The notes beneath the pieces were generated by a model that made no database searches, was not told the DNA's origin, and was given only the letters and a program-made list of their open reading frames with translations. The translations under genes were made by a program, and so were the position numbers. Below are positions 56,493 through 64,000 of a stretch of DNA of 64,000 bases, in pieces (positions within the stretch are counted from its first letter, which is position 1; each line of letters begins with the position of its first letter). This DNA is from an uncultured Candidatus Binatia bacterium (lineage in GTDB: Bacteria > Desulfobacterota > Binatia > UBA9968 > JAJDTQ01): assembly GCA_965213675.1 (NCBI GenBank), contig OZ243916.1, positions 1,216,001 to 1,280,000 on the forward strand, in the 5' to 3' direction.

Positions 56493-59400
56493 TTAGCGAC
56501 CTGTCCGATTTTCCGGGACCACCTCAGACAGGGCGGTCTTCACGTCAAGAAGGTGGGACTCAACGAAAGTTACGGTACAGGACGTTCCGTCCATTTCTAT
56601 TGAAACGACTTTCTCCTTCACCTCCTCTATCGCCCAGATAAACTCCTTCAGATAATCTCCGTCCCCCTTCACCAATACCTTGTACTTCGCGGCGCACAGC
56701 GGGCACAACGCCAAGTACATACAGTGTTCCTCTATAGGGAACTTGTCCGCTATCTGGACGGCTTCAAAGTAATACTCGCCCGTTCGGGGAAGTTTGAAGG
56801 GCATAGCCTCACAGCACATCTGGCAAACCGTGGTGCCCTCTGAATTCGTGTACATCTCGCGAAGCCATGCGTCCGCCGGGACTTCCGGTTTGGAAGTACG
56901 AACAGAGCGCTTTCGTTTGTCGTAAGTCTTGGGGTCTGCCTTTTTCACGCGTTCACTGACCCGACCAACTCGGCGCCCTCTATGAGGAACCGGCCGCTCG
57001 GGAAAAGGGGGCTGACTTGTGGATCCCGTACCGCAACTGCCCAACAATGTCTTGATGAGTTCTGGCGTCAGGACCTCCTTGTTGTTGACGAGGAGGACGG
57101 CGACCTCAGGAGAGAATCCTGCCTTGGCAAGAAGGTTCTGTTCACTCTCGAGCGTCTCCTCGGCTACTTTCACGGGATCGGGACGGACGCCAAGAACTTC
57201 CGCAAGGTCTTCATTCCGTCTCAATTCCCCGGCCAGATCGGCAAGTGTACACTCGGAAGGCTTCTTGAACCCGCCACTCCGTACAGGAATCCAGGCATGA
57301 CGCTTCAGCATCTTGCCGACGACGGAATCGCCTTCACAGGTGGTTGCGTTATCGTAGTTTCGGTGTGTTGCCTTCTGGTAACGGCCGTGGAGGGATCGTA
57401 TGAGGGGAGGCAACAGCTCGTTCCAAATGTATGCGGCCCGTGGAGACGTGATGTTGGTAAGAGCATGGTCGAGGCCAGCCACAGTTGTTTCCGGGTCAAA
57501 GCCGTCGTAACCGCGCTCGTGACAACCGTGCCAGGAACGCAGGGTCACCCAACGATCGCGCTCCCCAACGGACCCCCGAAAGCGAATGACTGGCTTGCTG
57601 CCTACACAGAGTTTCTTCCAGTTGACTCCCTCTTCTTGTTCAGCCAGGAATGCCACTTCCTCGTTACCTTCAAAGAAAACCCGTAACTCAGAAGATGGGA
57701 AAAACAGTTTAGTAGGTGCTTCGTAGAATTCTTTCCCAGTTTTTGCGTTGGTGGCCAGAGCCCAGGTAGTCGCCTTCAGCGCCGACAACATCGCGGCATA
57801 GCGCGGCGAATCTTCTGCGCGCATGGCATCGGCGATCACTCCAACATGTTCCTTATGGGCTGCGTCCTCGACATCTTTCCGGTAAAGCGGCATGATTTCA
57901 TCGAGAACACGGGTGCAGATGTCGGGTTCGACCAACCCGAGTCGACACATAAATTTCGCTGCCTCTTCCACGGCATAGATAGACCTGTGCACGACATCAC
58001 AGTTGGTCTTTGACTCTATCGGGAGAAAGACACGAGGATTCCCGGCGCTATCAAACGGCGAACGCTGTCGTCCGTCCTGGCACCGAATAATCGCCTTCTT
58101 GCGGAGCGATCCTTCGGGCGCGTCCCTCCTCCAAAGGGCCTCTTGCCCGTTCAGAAACGCATAGAAGCGGGCCATCCATTTCTCATCCTGCTCTCCCAGG
58201 AAGCCGCCCGTGATCTGCCGTGCAAACGCGTCACCGTCGAGGAAAGGAACATGGCATTCGTCCCGCAAGTATTGCCAGACTTCGCGGAGAGAGTTCTCCG
58301 TGACGTCGGCGTCAACCCAATACCTGGTCTCAGCGGAATTACCGAGAACCTCCGTCAGAAGGACCGGAGACAGCAGATTCCGTAGTTTTGACGAACGGCT
58401 CAAAACCGCCTGGTCCGCTCTCATGTGCCCACCACCCTCACGCGGTATTACGCTTTGAGTCTGGAAAGCTTCGAGAACAGCCTCGTAGATTGGTCGAAAT
58501 GGCGACCCTTCCGGGAAGCTCTCGGGGTCGGTCGGTAGCACGGTTAGGAATTGCGGCGTCAAAAAGCCACGCTGTTTGCAGACGTCCAGACTATCAGAAA
58601 CCAGAGTTGCAAGTTCACGTAAGAGCCGGGTGTTCCAAGCCGAGTCAGTTTCGATGTTGTCACGGGCAGGTGTGGAGGCGAAGGGCCCGTGTATCAGAAA
58701 ACCGAGGCCCGTCTCCTTCGCGGTTGAAAAGAATGCAGTCAGTAGCGAAGGGCGAAGATTGACGATGGATCCACCAACTTCGTCCCGCTCTATACGGTAC
58801 GCCACTTTGACCGGGAGATGTTCGCCAAGATCAGGGTGATTCACATCTCGATGCGCAACTAGCCACTCCTCCTCAGTGTCGTCCTGGTTGGTACCCTCTC
58901 CCATGATCTGGACGAGGGTACCGCCGTCCTCCCTCGTCTGGTGGTCCTGCATGTAGAATCCGCGTCCACCTCCTTCAACAATCCAGCGAAGTCCATCAAC
59001 GTGATTTAGGAAGAGAAGCGCCCTCGGACCGAGAGACTTGAGTTTGCTCTGGATAAGATTAAAAGCAGCGGATGCATCAAATTCAGGGTGGTCGAAAGGG
59101 AAATAAAACAAGGTTTGTGAGGCATCTTCAAGGAGACGGGGTTTCACGGTGTGAGCGCGGATGAAATGCGTGATGGCGAAATGCTCGTCGCCAGAATGAA
59201 TCTCAGGCGACCGCGTGAAAGCATAGACGGATTTGAAACCAATGCCGAACGTCCCGATTTGGTCCAGACGTTCATTCTTCGTACCGCGAAGAACATCGCA
59301 AACACCTTTCACGTCGTCTTTATCGAAAGGCTTCCCGTAATGGCTCACTTCTAGGTGGTCGATGCATAGGCGGAAAAGAACCTCGCCGCAGAAGTCTACG

Positions 59401-59576
59401 TCTGGCTCCCTCTGGCGACGCAAAGCAAGGGCGTCCTCCGCGTTCTGTAGCAGCTCATAGATAAAGTGTGCGCGGTCCCCGTAGAGTTTTTCGGCGAAAA
59501 GATTGCCGATGTCGTCGAACTCTTCCCCGCGCCGACGGATATTCTCACGAGTAATCGCTTCGTAGTCGCTTGACAT
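56493..59576 (-). CDS. Sacsin-like GHKL ATPase with C-terminal Zn-binding HNH-like region (last codons IS-derived)
   Basis: FIYELLQNAEDA, IGTFGIGFKSVY, FLIHGPF..TPARDNI; C-terminal Y...CQMC ... LALCPLCAAK. Confidence 0.8.
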   Translation of the reverse strand: MSSDYEAITRENIRRRGEEFDDIGNLFAEKLYGDRAHFIYELLQNAEDALALRRQREPDVDFCGEVLFRLCIDHLEVSHYGKPFDKDDVKGVCDVLRGTKNERLDQIGTFGIGFKSVYAFTRSPEIHSGDEHFAITHFIRAHTVKPRLLEDASQTLFYFPFDHPEFDASAAFNLIQSKLKSLGPRALLFLNHVDGLRWIVEGGGRGFYMQDHQTREDGGTLVQIMGEGTNQDDTEEEWLVAHRDVNHPDLGEHLPVKVAYRIERDEVGGSIVNLRPSLLTAFFSTAKETGLGFLIHGPFASTPARDNIETDSAWNTRLLRELATLVSDSLDVCKQRGFLTPQFLTVLPTDPESFPEGSPFRPIYEAVLEAFQTQSVIPREGGGHMRADQAVLSRSSKLRNLLSPVLLTEVLGNSAETRYWVDADVTENSLREVWQYLRDECHVPFLDGDAFARQITGGFLGEQDEKWMARFYAFLNGQEALWRRDAPEGSLRKKAIIRCQDGRQRSPFDSAGNPRVFLPIESKTNCDVVHRSIYAVEEAAKFMCRLGLVEPDICTRVLDEIMPLYRKDVEDAAHKEHVGVIADAMRAEDSPRYAAMLSALKATTWALATNAKTGKEFYEAPTKLFFPSSELRVFFEGNEEVAFLAEQEEGVNWKKLCVGSKPVIRFRGSVGERDRWVTLRSWHGCHERGYDGFDPETTVAGLDHALTNITSPRAAYIWNELLPPLIRSLHGRYQKATHRNYDNATTCEGDSVVGKMLKRHAWIPVRSGGFKKPSECTLADLAGELRRNEDLAEVLGVRPDPVKVAEETLESEQNLLAKAGFSPEVAVLLVNNKEVLTPELIKTLLGSCGTGSTSQPPFPERPVPHRGRRVGRVSERVKKADPKTYDKRKRSVRTSKPEVPADAWLREMYTNSEGTTVCQMCCEAMPFKLPRTGEYYFEAVQIADKFPIEEHCMYLALCPLCAAKYKVLVKGDGDYLKEFIWAIEEVKEKVVSIEMDGTSCTVTFVESHLLDVKTALSEVVPENRTGR

Positions 59577-59579
59577 GGT

Positions 59580-62500
59580 TTACGTGTTCACGCGGATGAT
59601 TCCCCAAGCTACCGGCTTAGCCGTGATGTCGGCCTTGCTGGTAGCATCGTCTATTTCCTTGGATCGCCGTTGGTAGTCGGCTCGGGCGTTCGTCTGTTGA
59701 GCCGCCTTCATGATTCGGATGCGGTCGTTCGCCCCTTGGGCAAGCTGCGATTCGAGGATGGCCATGCGGGCTTTGTGGCTTGTCTCAAGGCTCCCGCGCC
59801 GGAAATCGGCTAGTCGATTGGTGTCTTCAACATGCTCGGCGCGGGCATCGGACCACAACCGGTAGTGCTCCTCCTCGATCCTGTTCCGGTCATTTGCAGA
59901 TAGACCCCCAACAGGTAGCGTGCATTCCTTGGCACCCGGCAAGAGCTGCGTAAACTGGGCCGTCAATTCGGTCTGCGTAGTCACCGGTTGAAAGTCGACA
60001 TCGTTGCGAATGCCGTGAAACTGCCACTGGTAAACAGCAAATGGATAATCACCCGGAACAACCTTGGGGGCTGAAACCTCGATGGCGGTCAATGGGCGTC
60101 CCCGGCCCACGGCTCCCAACGCGTGAGCGGCCTGACGCGCTAGTGGATGGACCGGAGTAATCAGGGTCACGCTTCTATCACCCTTCGCGCAAGCCGAATC
60201 GTAAGTCACCGAGAGATTGGGCTCCGTTCCCTTCAGCCACATTTCCCAATCCCTCGCGACGGTGGCGGTGCGGCTTGTTAGCTTGCCGAAGTCAGCCAGC
60301 AGCGAATCCCGCCCCGATCTGGAAACGCGCAGGGTCTTCTTCGGCCCTTTGCCGAGGACCGGGGTCCCTTCTTTTCCCGTGACGGATTTCAGATAGTGCG
60401 TGACGAGCCGGTCGATAGAGTCTGGGGTCAACCAGTAACTTGTAGCGTCATCCACATCTTGCTGGAACTGATCCACGGGTGGCCGTAAACCGAACAGCTC
60501 CGTCTGACGGTTCTCTAGTTCCCGCTGTTCGTTGACTAGGCGGATGCTGTTGTCCGTTAGCTGGTCGAGCTTGGCTTGCCGTTCTTCCTCGGTAAGCGTT
60601 AGGTTCTCACCGACGCTCGTGAGTTCCCGCGTGACTTCACCGAGGATTACCTCGTTTGCTCCCAAGGCACGTTCAAAGACGCCGATTCGGAGAAGACACC
60701 GCTCGTAGATTTCAGCGTCAATTGTGCCAGGCGTTATCAAGTTGTAGACAGCAACGGCTGCACTCGCCTGACCCCACCGGTCGATGCGCCCGATGCGTTG
60801 GTCGATGCGCATAGGGTTCCAGGGAAGATCGTAGTTCACAATGCAGTCGCAGAACTGGTAGTCAAGACCCTCACATCCCACTTCGGAGAAAAGAAGGACA
60901 TCGAGAGCATCGGGGGCCATTTGATCCTTTTCGAAGCGCGCGCGGAATGCAATACGTCCATCATCCTCGACGCCTCCATGAATGAGCCCTACCCGGCATC
61001 CAGCTTCTCGGAGGGCCTCATAGAGATAGGCTAGGGTGTGGCGGAAGGTGCTGAACAACATGACCTTGTTGTTGGTGAGTGCTTTCTTCTGTTCTAACAC
61101 TCTTCGTAGAGCCTGGAACTTAGGGTCCCCGACCGTATCGGGCGGTAGTTTCTCAGCCAAGGCGAGCGCATCGTTCACTAGGTCTTTAATCTTCGAGACG
61201 GCATCGTCAGCACCTACTGGTGCCCCCTCAGCGTCCGCCAACTCGTCCCATTCCAGCCCTCCGATTCTCCGGGTAAGGATGTCACGGAGAAGCGGAGCCA
61301 GACCGTGGATACAGCTGGCGGCCTGTCGGCGTATCGTGGTCAACAGGAAGTTCACCGACCGGTCACCGTGGATGGCCGCATAGATCGCGGCCTGAGCGGC
61401 CAGCACCGCGTCATGTAGTTCGCGTTGGGCTGGTGTGAAGTCTATGGTCACCGTTTCGGGCTTGCGCTGGGTGAACTCGCCGATATCGCGGCGCAGCGTC
61501 CGGTTCATTAGCCCGGACAACGTGTGCAGCTGTTCGATCTCGCGTATAGCCTGAACTCGTCCAGACCGCTCGTCGCCGAAGTCACCTAGCGCGTCGCACA
61601 GGTTCTGAAAACGCGGGTTCTCTCGTAGGACGGTCTTCCCCCACGGAGTCTCGGCGGCACGGCCTAATGCATCTTGTGACTTGCCAACCCAACCCGGCTC
61701 TCCGGCTCGGGCAACGAGTGCAGCTTCATTGATGTGCGCATTAGGTTCCACCATTGCCGTGTAACCGGCATGATCGATGACAACATCAGGGCGAAGGGCG
61801 TTAAGAAGCACATACAGGTCATGTTCACCCAGTTGTATGGGGGTAGCCGTAAGGAAAAGAACGGCTTCGGCGTTATCGCAAAAAAAGCGGACCGCTTGAT
61901 GGCGCTGAGTCTCTGCGTTACGGATGTGGTGTGCCTCATCGACGATGACCAAATCGAACTGCGGCGGCGGGTCCAAGTCGAGAAGCCCCTTCGCCGTACC
62001 TCGCCCATGCAGGAACTCCTCCGTGAGAAGTGAAAACGGCAAAATTGCCTTCTCGTACTGCTGGGGCCATTCGCCGTCGAGATCCGTTTCCGAAATGCAG
62101 TATCGCAACTTCGGGCCGTCGAGATGCACGAAGCTCTCGTCGAACCGCTTCATCTCAAGGCGCCACTTCTGCTCCGTCATGAGCGGGCGAGGACAGATTA
62201 TTAGGACACGGCGCATGTCACGACGCGCTTGCAACTCCCGCAGAATCAGACCGGCTTCAATCGTCTTCCCTACACCAACGCTGTCGGCAATCAGCAACCG
62301 GGGCCGGTCGGTTTGGATAAACTTCAGAACGGGACGGAACTGGTAAGGAATGCAGTCAATTCGCGCTGCGTGGAGTGAATAGAGTGTCGACACACTCGGA
62401 TGGAGGAGCTGTAACGCGGTCAGACACGCATGGAATTCCGCAAGCGGGACGACCGAATCCGTCTCCGACGTTGCTCTTGCAAGCTCAAGCTGGCTTTCGT

Positions 62501-62708
62501 AGAAGGAGGCAACATTTCCGTCGGTGAAGACCTGATAGCGCGTTTCCTGCCCCACGGGATGGACGTGTGTAACGACACCGGACTGCTCGGGATCTGCACG
62601 GAGTCTCACTACATCTCCAGGAGAGAACCGTGCCGATGTACTCTGCGATAGTTCAGGCTCTCGCGGGTCCACCCGTGCAGTGAAGATCTGCCTCTTTTCG
62701 CCAGCCAT
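59580..62708 (-). CDS. SNF2/RapA/DrmD-like helicase-ATPase
   Basis: PYQFRPV, LLIADSVGVGKTIEAG, VDEAHH, LTATP, NYDLPWNPMRIDQRIGRIDR. Confidence 0.9.
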   Translation of the reverse strand: MAGEKRQIFTARVDPREPELSQSTSARFSPGDVVRLRADPEQSGVVTHVHPVGQETRYQVFTDGNVASFYESQLELARATSETDSVVPLAEFHACLTALQLLHPSVSTLYSLHAARIDCIPYQFRPVLKFIQTDRPRLLIADSVGVGKTIEAGLILRELQARRDMRRVLIICPRPLMTEQKWRLEMKRFDESFVHLDGPKLRYCISETDLDGEWPQQYEKAILPFSLLTEEFLHGRGTAKGLLDLDPPPQFDLVIVDEAHHIRNAETQRHQAVRFFCDNAEAVLFLTATPIQLGEHDLYVLLNALRPDVVIDHAGYTAMVEPNAHINEAALVARAGEPGWVGKSQDALGRAAETPWGKTVLRENPRFQNLCDALGDFGDERSGRVQAIREIEQLHTLSGLMNRTLRRDIGEFTQRKPETVTIDFTPAQRELHDAVLAAQAAIYAAIHGDRSVNFLLTTIRRQAASCIHGLAPLLRDILTRRIGGLEWDELADAEGAPVGADDAVSKIKDLVNDALALAEKLPPDTVGDPKFQALRRVLEQKKALTNNKVMLFSTFRHTLAYLYEALREAGCRVGLIHGGVEDDGRIAFRARFEKDQMAPDALDVLLFSEVGCEGLDYQFCDCIVNYDLPWNPMRIDQRIGRIDRWGQASAAVAVYNLITPGTIDAEIYERCLLRIGVFERALGANEVILGEVTRELTSVGENLTLTEEERQAKLDQLTDNSIRLVNEQRELENRQTELFGLRPPVDQFQQDVDDATSYWLTPDSIDRLVTHYLKSVTGKEGTPVLGKGPKKTLRVSRSGRDSLLADFGKLTSRTATVARDWEMWLKGTEPNLSVTYDSACAKGDRSVTLITPVHPLARQAAHALGAVGRGRPLTAIEVSAPKVVPGDYPFAVYQWQFHGIRNDVDFQPVTTQTELTAQFTQLLPGAKECTLPVGGLSANDRNRIEEEHYRLWSDARAEHVEDTNRLADFRRGSLETSHKARMAILESQLAQGANDRIRIMKAAQQTNARADYQRRSKEIDDATSKADITAKPVAWGIIRVNT

Positions 62709-63216
62709 ATGTTCCGTCAGCTCTTTTTCCGGACAAACAAGGGACAAAATAAGCGATGGAGTGTCTCCAAGTCCCAGTAGATACCCAAGGTGGTCCTCGA
62801 TTGATGTACAGGAAAGTGGCCGAGCTAAGGCGTATTCCGTTGACAGGATCTCGCCGCCAGTGTCCTGTTTAACACGTCCTTCTGGTCCGGTCGAGTTGCG
62901 AGTGAGACGTGTTGGACGGGCACACGGCGGCTTCTCGCAGGGAGTCAGCCGTTGGTGGCCCTGCGCGAGATCTTCGTACTCCCACTCAGATCACTTCACG
63001 CGCTACCGCTCCACCGCCTGGACCACACCGTCATCGAAATCGCACGCGCGAAGACCACGGGACCGCCGACAGCGAGGCCGAGTTTTCGAGTTGTTCCCTT
63101 TCGCCAAGCTCTCGCGTGACAAAGTCGAGGTGACCGCCGACGAGTCCGTCCCCGCATCCACTGCGGCGTGTAAATGGTCTTACCCGGGTTTCGTGGACAT
63201 CTGACAAGAGGCGAAG

Positions 63217-63525
63217 ATGGCCTCGGAGGTGACGATCATGAGTCGGACGAGACGGAAGTTTTCGAAGGAGTTCAAGCTCGAAACGGTCAAACTGGTCAAG
63301 GAAGGACCGCGCTCGGTGGGAGAGGTCGCGCGTGATCTGGACTTGACCGAATCGGCGGTACGCAACTGGGTGCGGCAGTTCGACGTGGACGCTGGTGTGC
63401 GCGAGGGGGTGAGCACGGGCGAGCTCGAGGAGGTACGCCAGTTGCGGTCGGAGAACCGGCAGCTACGGATGGAGCGCGACATCCTAAAAAAAGCGACGGC
63501 CTTCTTCGCCAAGGAATCGATGTGA
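63217..63525 (+). CDS. IS3 transposase OrfA
   Basis: Close match to 6367..6678. Confidence 0.9.
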   Translation: MASEVTIMSRTRRKFSKEFKLETVKLVKEGPRSVGEVARDLDLTESAVRNWVRQFDVDAGVREGVSTGELEEVRQLRSENRQLRMERDILKKATAFFAKESM

Positions 63526-64000
63526 GGTTCGCGTTCATCGAGGCGGAGAAGGCCAGATTTCCCGTGACCATGATGTGCCGGCTGCTTGAGGTTTCTCGAA
63601 GCGGCTTCTACGCTTCGCGTGGGCGTCGTGAGAGCACGCGAGCAGGCGAGGACCGCCGCTTGCTGGTCCACATCAAGGCGAGCCACACGGCGTCGCGTGG
63701 GACCTACGGCAGCCCGCGGGTGCACCGGGACCTGGTCGAGGGCGGCGTGGCAGTCGGACGGCACCGCGTAGCGCGTCTGATGCGCCAGGAGGGCCTTCGC
63801 TCCAAGCGCCGGCGCCGCTACCGGGTGACCACCCACTCGGACCATCACCACCCGGTGGCAGCCAACGTGCTGGAGCGCAACTTCACCGCCGATGCCGAGA
63901 ACTGCAAGTGGGCAGCGGACATCACCTACGTGTGGACGCGCTGTGGCTGGTTGTACCTGGCGGTGGTGCTTGACCTGTACTCCCGCCGGGTGGTCGGATG
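63522..64000 (+). CDS. IS3 transposase OrfB (partial)
   Basis: VRFAFIEAEKARFPV...TYGSPRVH...RVARLMR...KWAADITY...WLYLAVVLDLYSRRVVG. Confidence 0.88.
   Translation, partial: MRFAFIEAEKARFPVTMMCRLLEVSRSGFYASRGRRESTRAGEDRRLLVHIKASHTASRGTYGSPRVHRDLVEGGVAVGRHRVARLMRQEGLRSKRRRRYRVTTHSDHHHPVAANVLERNFTADAENCKWAADITYVWTRCGWLYLAVVLDLYSRRVVG

Larger units (their letters stand above)
55196..56526 (-). mobile_element. Complete IS3-family insertion sequence
   Basis: 26-bp imperfect IRs TGAGGTGGTCCYGG.....GGACAG at both ends; orfA and orfB present; no target duplication. Confidence 0.92.
63175..64000 (+). mobile_element. IS3-family insertion sequence (partial, runs off the window)
   Basis: Left IR TGGTCTTACCCGGGTTTCGTGGACATC at 63175; orfA; A7G frameshift site at 63486; orfB with YGSPRV and WAADITY. 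Confidence 0.92.

Noticed and set aside
59580-62708. DISARM system based on the DrmD-like helicase
   Set aside because: No drmA, drmB, drmC or methyltransferase gene in the window.
62760-63170. ORFs 62680..63204 and 62909..63133
   Set aside because: No motifs; probably promoter region or degraded sequence next to the IS.
7235-63174. Composite transposon bounded by the related IS3 copies at 7234 and 63175
   Set aside because: The span includes core genes such as glnS, the copies are diverged, and no shared target duplication is visible.

Overview
High-GC bacterial window with three zones. (1) Left accessory region, about 1-14,000, visibly less GC-rich by eye. It holds a 1917-aa STAND-like P-loop NTPase with a translationally coupled partner, two inverted truncated IS3 copies fused together, hicAB, an orphan higA, and an NYN RNase preceded by a promoter plus a short terminator-ended structured RNA. 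It also holds a small, partly eroded RiPP locus: an NHLP precursor with core IGDINTW, a pseudogenised second precursor, a flavin-dependent Trp halogenase, an ABC exporter remnant and a CmcJ/NvfI-type Fe/2OG enzyme. (2) Catabolic core, about 14,000-54,400. It contains two tripartite tricarboxylate transporters (one a TctA-TctB fusion), an acyl-CoA dehydrogenase pair, thiolase-like/DUF35, a hydratase, CoA ligase and transferase, amidohydrolases, several Fe/2OG oxygenases, a UGSC selenoprotein split in the ORF track, glnS-YqeY, cytochromes and REP-like palindromes. (3) Right accessory region, about 54,600-64,000: hicBA, an IS3 element, an SNF2 helicase plus sacsin-like GHKL ATPase/HNH-like gene pair, and another IS3. 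The gene repertoire suggests a Binatia/Deltaproteobacteria-like, possibly sponge-associated organism (inference only). Best candidates for new biology are the NHLP-halogenase-CmcJ RiPP locus, the NYN plus small RNA module, the SNF2 plus GHKL-HNH pair and the giant STAND operon. All family calls come from motif recognition by eye; no database searches were run.
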